Notes under the pieces: generated by a model | Told to the model about the DNA's origin: nothing | Seen by the model: only the letters and a program-made list of their open reading frames with translations | Databases searched by the model: none | Shown here: piece by piece, positions 19,669-28,400 of the stretch | How the letters are laid out: each line of letters begins with the position of its first letter | Position numbering within the stretch: position 1 is the stretch's first letter | Origin: Elusimicrobiales bacterium | Lineage (GTDB): Bacteria > Elusimicrobiota > Elusimicrobia > Elusimicrobiales > UBA9959 | Direction of reading: 5' to 3' | DNA: 64,000 nt | NCBI GenBank assembly: GCA_031082205.1 | Contig: JAVHLJ010000004.1 | Location: 8,942-72,941, forward strand | Translations under genes and position numbers: made by a program

Positions 19669-20413
19669 GAACGATCTCGCGGTGATAATGCCCGCCTTCA
19701 ACTCCGCCGCCGGCGTGGGCCGCACCCTGTCGCGGCTGTCGGCCGTAAGACCCTCCCTGCCGCCGCTGCGCGTCCTGCTGGTGGACGACGGCAGCGCCGA
19801 CGATACCGCCGCCGCGGCCGGGTCCGCCGCGCGGGACCTGGGCCTGGACCTGCGCGTGCTCAGCCACGGGTCCAACCGCGGCTACGGCGCCGCGCAGAAG
19901 ACCGGCCTCGCCGCCGCGCTGGAGGACGGCTGCCGCGCCGCCGTACTCCTCCATTCCGACGGCCAGTACGCCCCCGAAGAACTGGCCGGGGTCTGCGGCC
20001 CCGTCCTTTCCGGCCAGGCGGAGGTATGCCTCGGCTCGCGCCTTCTCTCCGGCCGCGCCCGCGAGCAGGGCATGCCCTTCGCGCGCTACTGGGCAAACCG
20101 CGGCCTGACCGCGCTGGAGAACCTGGTCTTCGGCCTGGACTTCGCCGAATACCACAGCGGCTACATGGCCTATTCCGCCGCCGCGCTGCGCGCGATAAAA
20201 TTCGGGACCCTTACCGACCGCTTCCACTTCGACGGCGAGATGCTGCTCTGCGCCGGCAAGCTCGGCCTGCGCGTGGCGCAGGTGCCGGTCTCCGCTTACT
20301 ACGGCCCCGGCTCTTCCAGCCTGTCGCCGGCGCCCTATCTCGCCGAGGTGGCGGGCGTCATGCTGCGCTACCTGCGCCGCGGCTACTATTTCCAGCGCCC
20401 GGTCACTTCCTGA
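19667..20413 (+). CDS. GT2 glycosyltransferase (DPM1-like)
   Basis: VIMPAFN, VDDGSAD, NRGYGAA, HSDGQY, GSR, FHFDGE. Confidence 0.9.
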   Translation: MNDLAVIMPAFNSAAGVGRTLSRLSAVRPSLPPLRVLLVDDGSADDTAAAAGSAARDLGLDLRVLSHGSNRGYGAAQKTGLAAALEDGCRAAVLLHSDGQYAPEELAGVCGPVLSGQAEVCLGSRLLSGRAREQGMPFARYWANRGLTALENLVFGLDFAEYHSGYMAYSAAALRAIKFGTLTDRFHFDGEMLLCAGKLGLRVAQVPVSAYYGPGSSSLSPAPYLAEVAGVMLRYLRRGYYFQRPVTS

Positions 20414-21860
20414 GCGACTTCAGCGCCTCGTAGGCCAGCCGTTCCGGCAGCGGCCTCAGGAAATTATTCTTCAGCCTGAACCTCGCCACCGGCCTGTACA
20501 TATTGTAGAGCGCTCGCAGGAGCGCCGAGCCGGCCCCGTAATCGTCCATCTTCCGGTCGAGGAACCTGCTGACGAAGCAGGCGCGCTCGAGGAAATCCTT
20601 CAGTCCCGGTTCGCCCGCGTGCATGTGGGAGGTGTCCCACTCGTAACGCCCCCATTCCTCCAGCCGCGACGGGAAGCGGACGCCGTCCTTCAAAAGCCTG
20701 TCGTATATCTCGGTGCCGGGATAGGGCGAAAAGATGTAGAACTGCGGTATGCGGAAGTTGGGGCCCAGGTCCAGTATCCAGAGGCCGAAATCCATGGAGG
20801 CGCGCATCTCCGCCGGCGTCTCGGTGGGCAGGCCGACTATGAGCGAGCAGAGCACGTCTATCCGCCTGCCGCGGAAGCGGGCCAGCTGTTCCCGCGCCAG
20901 CCGCAGGTCTCCCGCCTTGTTCAGTACGTCGCGGCGCACGCGGTCCACGCCGGACTCCACCCCGACCGCCAGGCGCACCACGCCGGCCGACTCGAGGAAG
21001 TCGAGGTCGGCGTCCGTGAGCCGCGCCAGCGTCTCTATGTCAACGCCCTGCAGCACCGAGCCCAGCCCCATCTCCTTCAGGCCGGCCAGTATGGCCATGG
21101 CCCGGCGCTGGTCGATGAAGAAATTGTCGTCGAGGAAATAGACCAGCGAGAAATCGTAGCGGCCGCGCAGTTCGCGTATCTCGGCCAGGGCGCGTTCGGC
21201 CGTCTTCTCGCGCAGGCGGCCGCGGTTATATGCGCGGTTGTAGCAGTAGGCGCAGCGGCAGGGGCAGCCGCGGCCCGACTGGTAGAAGAACATCCGCCGG
21301 CCCTTGTAGGTCTGGGCGTAACGCTCCATGCCGGCCAGGTGATAGGCGGCCATGGGCAGCGAGCCGATCTCGAGCAGGTCCCGGCGTTCCGGCGGCAGCG
21401 GCAGGCCGTCCTTCTTGGTCCAGACGCCCGGTATTCCGGCCGCGTCCGTGCCGGCGGCCAGCCTGCGCGCCAGTTCCGCCAGCGCCAGCTCGCCCTCTCC
21501 CTCCACCACGTAGTCGGCCAGTTCATGCGCAAGCGTGGTCTCCGGCAGCAGCGAGGCGTGTATGCCGCCCCAGACCAGCGGGGCGGCCGTCAGGCGGCGC
21601 GCCTCGCGCGCCATCTCGAGGGCGTGGAAGATCATGCGTCCGGTCATGGCGGTCAGGCCGACCAGCACGGTGCCGCCGTCTATGGCCGCGGCCAGCGCGG
21701 CCCGCCAGTCCCGCTCGACGCGCTGGTCCACAAGCCGCACCTCCATCTCGCGGCAGATCACGGCGGCGGCCGCCAGCGGCCCCAGCGGCGGCGTCGGCCT
21801 GTCGCGGAACATGTCCATGTCGCCGATGCCGGGCTGCAGCAGGACGATATTGTGCTTCAC
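20403..21860 (-). CDS. B12-binding radical SAM protein
   Basis: GTG start. PPLG, VWGGIHAS, GEGE, SGRGCPCRCAYC, LDDNF, IVGLPTET. Confidence 0.9.
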   Translation of the reverse strand: MKHNIVLLQPGIGDMDMFRDRPTPPLGPLAAAAVICREMEVRLVDQRVERDWRAALAAAIDGGTVLVGLTAMTGRMIFHALEMAREARRLTAAPLVWGGIHASLLPETTLAHELADYVVEGEGELALAELARRLAAGTDAAGIPGVWTKKDGLPLPPERRDLLEIGSLPMAAYHLAGMERYAQTYKGRRMFFYQSGRGCPCRCAYCYNRAYNRGRLREKTAERALAEIRELRGRYDFSLVYFLDDNFFIDQRRAMAILAGLKEMGLGSVLQGVDIETLARLTDADLDFLESAGVVRLAVGVESGVDRVRRDVLNKAGDLRLAREQLARFRGRRIDVLCSLIVGLPTETPAEMRASMDFGLWILDLGPNFRIPQFYIFSPYPGTEIYDRLLKDGVRFPSRLEEWGRYEWDTSHMHAGEPGLKDFLERACFVSRFLDRKMDDYGAGSALLRALYNMYRPVARFRLKNNFLRPLPERLAYEALKSLRK

Positions 21861-22801
21861 GGAGCGTCCTCCGCCTGGACGACGAGGTCTTCAAGTACGA
21901 GCGCTCCGTAAAGCGAGGTCCCGGCCGGCACCGAGGCGCCTGGGAAGACGACGCAGTCCTTCAGCCTGGCCCGGGCCCCTATCCTGGAGCCGGCCGCTGC
22001 GACGGAATTTTCCAGCGCCGCGCCTTCGCCGGTCTCCGCCGAGGGGTGCGCGTAGGAGGCCAGGCCGCGCTCGGCTAGCCAGGCCCGGTTGGCCTTGATG
22101 ACGTCGGCGGGCCGCGTGACGTTGACGTCGAGACGCATCGTCTCCATCGTGCGCACGACGCCGCCGGCGGATATGAGCCCCTGTATAGCGTCGGTAAGTT
22201 CTATCTCGCCGCGCAGGGCGGAGGCCGGAGTGGCTTTGAGCGCGGGCATGAAGCGGGGGCCGAAGAAATAGACGCCGCAGGGTTTGGTCATGCTGAGGGC
22301 CCGCTCCGGCTTCTCTATGATGCGGGCGACGCGGCCGTCGGGGGCCAGCTCTATGGTGCACTCCTTCCTGATCTCCGCCTCGTCGCCCACTTCCCGCACG
22401 GACAGAAAGGCGTCGGCGCCGCCGGCGGCCATGGCCGCGCAGGCCGGCCCGAAATCCGCGCCGGAATAATATGTGTCGCCCAGGACCAGAGCGAAAGGCC
22501 CGCCGCCCAGGAAGGGTTCGGCCAGCGAGGCCGCGTGGCCTATGCCGCGCCGCTCGGCCTGGCGCGCCTCGCGGAGTACGGCGCCGGTGCCGTACAGCGC
22601 GCGGGCCGCCTCGGCCGCGGGGCGCGGGTCGGACGGGTCGGTGACGATGACGAATTTCCTGGTGCCGGCGGAGAGGAAGGAGCGGAGATGCATCTCCAGC
22701 AGCGTGCCGTCGCCGACGGGCAGCAGCGCCTTGGGGACGCGCCGTCCGGTCTCCCCCAGCCGGCTGCCGCCGCCGGCCGCCAGTATGACCGCGGGGATCA
22801 T
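21857..22801 (-). CDS. Sugar-1-phosphate nucleotidyltransferase (RmlA/GalU-like) with a short C-terminal hexapeptide-like tail
   Basis: ILAAGGGSRL, PKALL, LGD, IIEKP, RGEIELTDA. Confidence 0.9.
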   Translation of the reverse strand: MIPAVILAAGGGSRLGETGRRVPKALLPVGDGTLLEMHLRSFLSAGTRKFVIVTDPSDPRPAAEAARALYGTGAVLREARQAERRGIGHAASLAEPFLGGGPFALVLGDTYYSGADFGPACAAMAAGGADAFLSVREVGDEAEIRKECTIELAPDGRVARIIEKPERALSMTKPCGVYFFGPRFMPALKATPASALRGEIELTDAIQGLISAGGVVRTMETMRLDVNVTRPADVIKANRAWLAERGLASYAHPSAETGEGAALENSVAAAGSRIGARARLKDCVVFPGASVPAGTSLYGALVLEDLVVQAEDAP

Positions 22802-24123
22802 GAGAGCGCCTTGCCGGCCGCGGCGATGCCCGCCTCGATGCTGTGGTCCATGTTATAGACGGACCATTCGCCGAAACGCCCGGCGGAGATGATCCCCGCC
22901 GAGGCCAGGCGGCCCAGGCAGAAAGGAACGTCCTCGCCGTGGCGGACATGCGGCACCGGGTAGGCCGGGAAATGAGGGTAGAGCCAGGTCCTGACGATGT
23001 CGCGCCGCTTTATGACCCCGGAGCGGACCAGCCCGTCGGTGACCCTGCGCTCCAGCCCGGCGACGGAGCCGCCCGGCGGCAGCGCGCATTCCACGATCAG
23101 GGCTTTCCCGCCGGGCACGGCCCGGGGATTGAGCAGGTCCTCGCGCGTGAGCCTGTAGAACGGCAGCGCCGGGTCCGGCACGTATATCCAGTGGTAGGGA
23201 GGGAGGTCGACCGCCCGCAGGGCGTAATGGAAGCAGGCCACCTTGGTGGCGCGCAGCCGCCCGGCGGCCGGGTAGCACTCTTTCAGGCCGGCCATGCGCA
23301 CGGCGCGGTCGAGCGGCAGAGTGGAGATGAGCCGGTCATAGCGCACGGTCCCGGCGGAGGTGCGCACCGCTTTTTCGGCCGGGTCGATGGACAGCGCCTC
23401 GACGCCGCACAGCGGGCGCAGGGGTTCCAGGCCGGCCAGCAGCCCTTCGATGAGGGACTCTATCCCGCCGCGGCGCGGGTAGATGAAACTGGCGTGAGGA
23501 GCCGGGGCGGGCCGCCCGCCGTCCTTTATTCCGAGTATGCTGTCGGCGAGACCGGACGGGCCGGGGAGCCTTATCTTGGCCGCCATCCAGCCGTAGCCCA
23601 TGCCGGCGAGAGGCGTCTGCCAGAGCTTCTCGTTGTACGGACGGAAAAAGAGGTCCACTATGCCGGAGCCCAGCTCGTTCAGAGCGTATTCTCCCAGGTC
23701 GCGCGGCGCGGCAGCGCCCGGCCCCCCGCGCCGCTCCAGCAGGCTGCGCAGCACCGCGCGCCTGTCCTCGAGCGACAGCTGGCTTATATGGTCCTGGAAG
23801 GGGAAATCCACCCAGCCCCCCTTCCACATCACGCCCAGCCGGTGGCGGAATTCACGCACGGGCCCGGCCATGCGCCTGAACAGTTTCTCCGCGCGGGCGT
23901 TGCCGCCGAAAAAAAGGTGGGGCAGCTCGTCTATGGTCACGCCGTCGCGGTTGGTCTTGAGCAGTCCGCCCGGACGGGAGTCGCGCTCGAGCAGGAGGAT
24001 GTCGCGGCGCCCGGCGCGCAGCAGTTCGCGCGCGGCGACCAGGCCGGTCAGCCCGGCGCCCAGGATAACGACCCCGGCCTTCGCCGGCGGCGCGGAGGTT
24101 TCTTTTCGGGCCTTTTTTGCCAT
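22798..24123 (-). CDS. FAD-dependent oxidoreductase (protoporphyrinogen oxidase / UDP-galactopyranose mutase-like)
   Basis: ILGAGLTG, LLER...GGL, FRPYNEKLW, YPRRGG, AYPV, GRFGEW.YNMDHS. Confidence 0.8.
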   Translation of the reverse strand: MAKKARKETSAPPAKAGVVILGAGLTGLVAARELLRAGRRDILLLERDSRPGGLLKTNRDGVTIDELPHLFFGGNARAEKLFRRMAGPVREFRHRLGVMWKGGWVDFPFQDHISQLSLEDRRAVLRSLLERRGGPGAAAPRDLGEYALNELGSGIVDLFFRPYNEKLWQTPLAGMGYGWMAAKIRLPGPSGLADSILGIKDGGRPAPAPHASFIYPRRGGIESLIEGLLAGLEPLRPLCGVEALSIDPAEKAVRTSAGTVRYDRLISTLPLDRAVRMAGLKECYPAAGRLRATKVACFHYALRAVDLPPYHWIYVPDPALPFYRLTREDLLNPRAVPGGKALIVECALPPGGSVAGLERRVTDGLVRSGVIKRRDIVRTWLYPHFPAYPVPHVRHGEDVPFCLGRLASAGIISAGRFGEWSVYNMDHSIEAGIAAAGKALS

Positions 24124-24220
24124 CGGGAGGTACCTTAGGACAATATTAGCAAATAGGGGGGGAGGCCCCGCAGCGCCGCGGCGTTGGCGGCCCTCTCTCC
24201 AATTGTTATAGAATCAAAAG

Positions 24221-25258
24221 ATGGCCACAAGGGCGAGACCTTCCGGCGCGGATCCCCGCGCCCCGGTGAAGAACTGCGAGATCATCCTCAATTACGACTG
24301 CAACGCGCGCTGCGTCTTCTGCTACCAGCCCGAGGACGACCTGAAGCCCTGTTCCGAGAAGAGGATGCCGTTCGCCGCGGCCTCGAAAGCGCTTTACCAG
24401 GGCTACGCGCGCGGCTGCAGGTGCGCATATTTCATCGGCGGCGAGATCACCCTGCTGCCGGACCTGCCCAAGATAATAAAGCTGGCGGCTAAGATCGGCT
24501 ACCCATGGATACAGGTGATGAGCAACGGCCTGCGCCTGGCCGAAAAGGCTTACACGGACGATCTGATAGCCGCGGGGGCCAACCTGTTCAGGCTGTCGCT
24601 GCACGGGCCGTCCGAAAAGATACACGACAGGCTTGTGGGCGTGCCGGGGGCTTTCGCCAGGCTGACGGCCGCTTTCGACAACATAAAGTCCGGCGGAGCG
24701 GAACTCTGCGTCAACATGGCGCTCAACAAGGTCAATTACCGGTCGCTGCCGGAGATGGTGAAGCTGGTGACGGGCCGCTTCGGGGTCCGGGACTTCAATA
24801 TCATCTTCCCGCATTACAGCGGGATGATGGCCAAGAACTCCGGCCTCCTGAAGGTCAGCGTCGGCCAGGCCGTGCCGTACCTGCGCAGGACGCTGGCCTA
24901 TATGAAGAAGGCCGGCGTGCGGCCCGAGAGCCGCGTGCTCATAAATTTCTGTCCCTGCAATATCCCGGAGGCCGCGCACCTGATGGCCGAGTGGGACCGC
25001 CCCTCCCGTCCGGAGGACGACGAGCCGCTCTATTACGTGGAGGGACAGACCGACGCCGTCTATTCGGTGAAGGAGCGGATAAGGGTGAAGAACCCGTCCT
25101 GCTCCCGCTGCGTCTACGACCCGGTCTGCATGGGTTTCGAGAAGTGGTACGCCGACGTCTTCGGCCGCCGCGAGTTCCGGCCCGTGCTGAAAAAGCCGGA
25201 GCCGTTCCCCCTATTCCCGCTGCCGCGCCGCAAGCCGGCCCGAGAGGGCGGGCGATAA
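24221..25258 (+). CDS. Radical SAM protein, HxsC-like (close paralog of 9402..10490)
   Basis: CNARCVFC, FIGGE, SLHGP, FCPC, CSRCVYDPVCMG. Confidence 0.85.
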   Translation: MATRARPSGADPRAPVKNCEIILNYDCNARCVFCYQPEDDLKPCSEKRMPFAAASKALYQGYARGCRCAYFIGGEITLLPDLPKIIKLAAKIGYPWIQVMSNGLRLAEKAYTDDLIAAGANLFRLSLHGPSEKIHDRLVGVPGAFARLTAAFDNIKSGGAELCVNMALNKVNYRSLPEMVKLVTGRFGVRDFNIIFPHYSGMMAKNSGLLKVSVGQAVPYLRRTLAYMKKAGVRPESRVLINFCPCNIPEAAHLMAEWDRPSRPEDDEPLYYVEGQTDAVYSVKERIRVKNPSCSRCVYDPVCMGFEKWYADVFGRREFRPVLKKPEPFPLFPLPRRKPAREGGR

Positions 25259-25289
25259 AAAAACCCCGGGGCGGTCCCCGGGGTTTTTT
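25257..25289. terminator. Bidirectional intrinsic terminator
   Basis: A7-CCCCGGGG-CGGT-CCCCGGGG-T5 between convergent genes. Confidence 0.85.
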
Positions 25290-25310
25290 ATGGCGACTGC
25301 CGTCCGCGCT

Positions 25311-26522
25311 TTACAGGACCCTTCCGCGGTTCTGCTTCATCAGCCCGGCCAGGACGGCGGCCGGGTCCTTCTTGGTGCAGGCGGCTATCATCGCCGCGAT
25401 GACGAAGGGCTTGTAGCCGGCTTCCTTGTAGGTGCCGATGCGGGCCTTCTCGAAGGTGTCGGCCGCGACCTCGCCGGCCTTGCAGCTGACGCCGGTGATG
25501 TCGGCCGGCAGGCAGTGCATGTACACGGCCTTGCCGCCCCTGGTGAGGGCCATCTTCTTCTCGTCGCATTCCCAGTTCTTGAACTTCGCGTTGTTCTCGA
25601 GGCACTCCTTCTCCAGCGTCTTGAGGCCGGCGTGGTCGCCCTGCTCGAGCAGCGCGGTGCGGCGCTCCATCACCTTGAACGGCGCCCAGCTCTTCGGGTA
25701 GACGATATCGGCGTCCTTGAACGCGCTCTCCATGCTGTTGGAGACCTTGAACGAGCCGCCGGACTTCTTCGCGTGCTTCTCGGCCACCTTGATGGTGTCG
25801 GGCAGCAGGTCGTAGCCCTCCGGGTAGGCCAGCTCCACTTCCATGCCGAAGCGGCTCATAAGGGTGATGACGCCCTGCGGCACGCTCAGCGGCTTGCCGT
25901 AGCTGGGAGAGTAGGCCCAGGTCATGGCGATCTTCTTGCCCTTGAGCTTGTCGAAGCCGCCGAAATGGTTCTTTATGAAGAGCAGGTCGGACATGCTCTG
26001 CGTCGGGTGGTCGAGGTCGCACTGGAGGTTGACCACGCAGGGGCGCTGGTTCAGCACGCCCCGCTTGTGGCCGTCGTCGAGGGCCTCGGCCACTTCCTTC
26101 ATGTAGGTGTGGCCCTTGCCGATGAACATGTCGTCGCGTATGCCGATCGCCTCGGTGAGGAAGGAGATCATGTTGGCGGTCTCGCGCACGGTCTCGCCGT
26201 GGGCTATCTGCGACTTGCCCTCGTCGAGGTCCTGCACGGCCAGGCCCAGCAGGTTGCAGGCGCTCGAGAAAGAGAAGCGGGTGCGGGTGGAGTTGTCGCG
26301 GAAGTTGGAGACGGCCAGGCCGGTCTCGAACATCCGGGCGCTGATATTGCGCGCGTGCATCTCCTTGAGTATCTCGGCTATCTTCAGCACGGCGTGTATC
26401 TCCGCGTCGTTCTTCTGCCAGGTCAGCAGGAAGTCCTTGTGGTAAAGGTCGGCCCCGAGCTTCTGCAGCTCGGCTACGGCTTTCTTGATGTCGAATTTCT
26501 GTGTCGCTGTGGCGGTAGGCAT
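25311..26522 (-). CDS. ygeW: YgeW-family knotted carbamoyltransferase
   Basis: Start moved to ATG 26522 (MPTATAT). FRDNSTRTRFS, HGETVRET, IGIRDDM, NLQCDLDHPTQ, WAYSPSYGKPLSVPQG, MHCLP. Confidence 0.9.
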   Translation of the reverse strand: MPTATATQKFDIKKAVAELQKLGADLYHKDFLLTWQKNDAEIHAVLKIAEILKEMHARNISARMFETGLAVSNFRDNSTRTRFSFSSACNLLGLAVQDLDEGKSQIAHGETVRETANMISFLTEAIGIRDDMFIGKGHTYMKEVAEALDDGHKRGVLNQRPCVVNLQCDLDHPTQSMSDLLFIKNHFGGFDKLKGKKIAMTWAYSPSYGKPLSVPQGVITLMSRFGMEVELAYPEGYDLLPDTIKVAEKHAKKSGGSFKVSNSMESAFKDADIVYPKSWAPFKVMERRTALLEQGDHAGLKTLEKECLENNAKFKNWECDEKKMALTRGGKAVYMHCLPADITGVSCKAGEVAADTFEKARIGTYKEAGYKPFVIAAMIAACTKKDPAAVLAGLMKQNRGRVL

Positions 26523-26624
26523 TTTTTCTCCTCTTTTATCGTTCCCAACGGAAATCTTACGGCGGCGCCCGGCCTCCCGGGTGCCTAATGGATTAAATAT
26601 ATTGTATCGTTTTATTGTCAAGGT

Positions 26625-27293
26625 ATGCGCCATATCACGCTCGCGGCCCTGCTGGCCGCCATATTGTCCGGCTGCGCCGCCCCCTACCGCCTGGGCCCCG
26701 ATTCCCTGGCCGGGTTCGGGCAGCTGGAATCCTCCTACACGGAGGGCCGCGACTATTCCGTCGAGGCCTATGACCGCGGCTCCGCCATAACGGTACTGGC
26801 CCCGCACGGCGGCGACCTGGAGCGCGGCACCTCGCGGCTGGCCCGGGCCGTGGCCGGCGCCGACTGGAACCTCTACATCTTCAACGCCTGGCTGGGCCGC
26901 GGCAGCGGGCGGCTCCACCTCACCTCCGCCAATTTCGACGACCCCAGGGCCCTGGACCTGGCCGGCCGGTCCCGGCTGGCGGTCTCGCTGCACGGCCAGG
27001 CGGAGAAGGGGAAATGGATATGCGTGGGCGGCGCCAACGCGGAGGCCGGACGGCTGGTCTCGGAGGCCCTGGCGAGGGCGGGTTTCAGGACGCAGTTCCC
27101 CTGCCGGCGCCTGCCCGGCAGGTCTTCGAAGAACATCACCAACCGGGCCGCCGCGGGCGGCGTCCAGCTGGAAGTGAGCCTCTCCCTGCTGCGGGAACTT
27201 GATAAAGGGGGGGCGGATTTACCAAAATTTACGCTTGCCGTCAGGGAAGCCCTGTCGGCCGCTTTAAAGGACATCAAGGAGAATCCCAGATGA
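26625..27293 (+). CDS. Poly-gamma-glutamate hydrolase family (PghP/DUF867-like) lipoprotein
   Basis: Lipobox LSGC; APHGGDLERGTS, HLTSANFDDP, SLHG, QLEVS. Confidence 0.8.
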   Translation: MRHITLAALLAAILSGCAAPYRLGPDSLAGFGQLESSYTEGRDYSVEAYDRGSAITVLAPHGGDLERGTSRLARAVAGADWNLYIFNAWLGRGSGRLHLTSANFDDPRALDLAGRSRLAVSLHGQAEKGKWICVGGANAEAGRLVSEALARAGFRTQFPCRRLPGRSSKNITNRAAAGGVQLEVSLSLLRELDKGGADLPKFTLAVREALSAALKDIKENPR

Positions 27294-28390
27294 AAAAGAT
27301 AAGGATATTCGCTTTCGGCGGCAACGAGGTCGCCCCGGTCGGCCTCAAGGACAAGGACGGCAAGACCATAAATCCAGACATAGCCATGCAGTGGCAGCGC
27401 ACGGCCGAGACCGGCAAGCTGGTGGCCGACATCTTCGAGAAGCATCCCGGGGACCGCTACGTCATCACCCACGGCAACGGCCCGCAGGTCGGCAATATCC
27501 TGCAGCGCGCCGAGATGTGCCGCCCTACTCTCTTCCCTCTCCCGCTCGACGTCTGCGTGGCCGACACGCAGGGCGCCATGTCGTTCATGATGGCCCAGCT
27601 CAACAACGAGCTCAATATCCGCGGCATAGACAATATCCTGGCCGGGGTCGTCACGCAGGTGGTGGTCAACAAGGACGACCCTGATTTCCAGAACCCCTCC
27701 AAGTACGTCGGCCAGTCCTATACCGCCGAAGAGGCGAAGCAGCGCATGGCCGAGGGCTGGGTCATGAAGATGTACAAGAAGGACGACAAGGGCAACGAGA
27801 TCTGGCGCCGCGTCGTGCCCTCGCCGGCCCCGGTCGACATAGTCGAGATAGACGCCATCGAGGCCCTGCTCGACAAGGGCATAGTGCCGATAACCGTCGG
27901 CGGCGGCGGCATACCGGTGCGCGAGGTGCCGGTGGAGGTGCGGGACGGCAAAGAGGTCTACACGACCAATTACGGCGTTAAGTATTCCCGCCCCCACAAG
28001 GGCGGCAAGCCGCTCAAGATGTACACCGGGGTCGAGGCCGTCATAGACAAGGACCTGGCCAGCGCCCTGCTGGGCTGCATGCTGATGAAGCGCGCCAAGG
28101 CCCGCGGCGAAGAGGTCGAGGTCAGCCTGACCATCTTCACCGGCGAGGACGGGGCGAAGCTCAATTACCAGAAGCCCGACGAGAAGGCGCTGCGGGTGAT
28201 CAAGGCCTCGGAGCTGGAGGCCATCTATGACCGGAAGCCGGCCCCCTTCCCGCCCGGCTCGATGGGCCCCAAGATCAAGGCCGTCATAGAGTTCATCAAG
28301 AACGGCGGTTCGGTCGCCTATATCTCCAAGACCGAGCTCTTCGAGGAGACGCTCGCCGGAAAGGCCGGCACCACGGTGCTGCCGGGCTGA
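27290..28390 (+). CDS. arcC: Carbamate kinase
   Basis: AFGGN, ITHGNGPQVG, QNPSKYVG, RRVVPSP, GGGGIPV, VIDKD, GSMGPK. Confidence 0.9.
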   Translation: MKKIRIFAFGGNEVAPVGLKDKDGKTINPDIAMQWQRTAETGKLVADIFEKHPGDRYVITHGNGPQVGNILQRAEMCRPTLFPLPLDVCVADTQGAMSFMMAQLNNELNIRGIDNILAGVVTQVVVNKDDPDFQNPSKYVGQSYTAEEAKQRMAEGWVMKMYKKDDKGNEIWRRVVPSPAPVDIVEIDAIEALLDKGIVPITVGGGGIPVREVPVEVRDGKEVYTTNYGVKYSRPHKGGKPLKMYTGVEAVIDKDLASALLGCMLMKRAKARGEEVEVSLTIFTGEDGAKLNYQKPDEKALRVIKASELEAIYDRKPAPFPPGSMGPKIKAVIEFIKNGGSVAYISKTELFEETLAGKAGTTVLPG

Positions 28391-28400
28391 GGCGCGAATA

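Noticed and set aside
2-25258. HxsA-type precursor with His-Xaa-Ser repeats
   Set aside because: I inspected the few intergenic gaps (8097-8146, 9336-9402, 24123-24221) and saw no candidate; it may lie upstream of the window.
26590-26621. sigma70 promoter for ygeW (minus-strand TTGACA at 26621-26616)
   Set aside because: No convincing -10 at 16-18 nt spacing; the region is AT-rich and probably regulatory, but boxes cannot be assigned.
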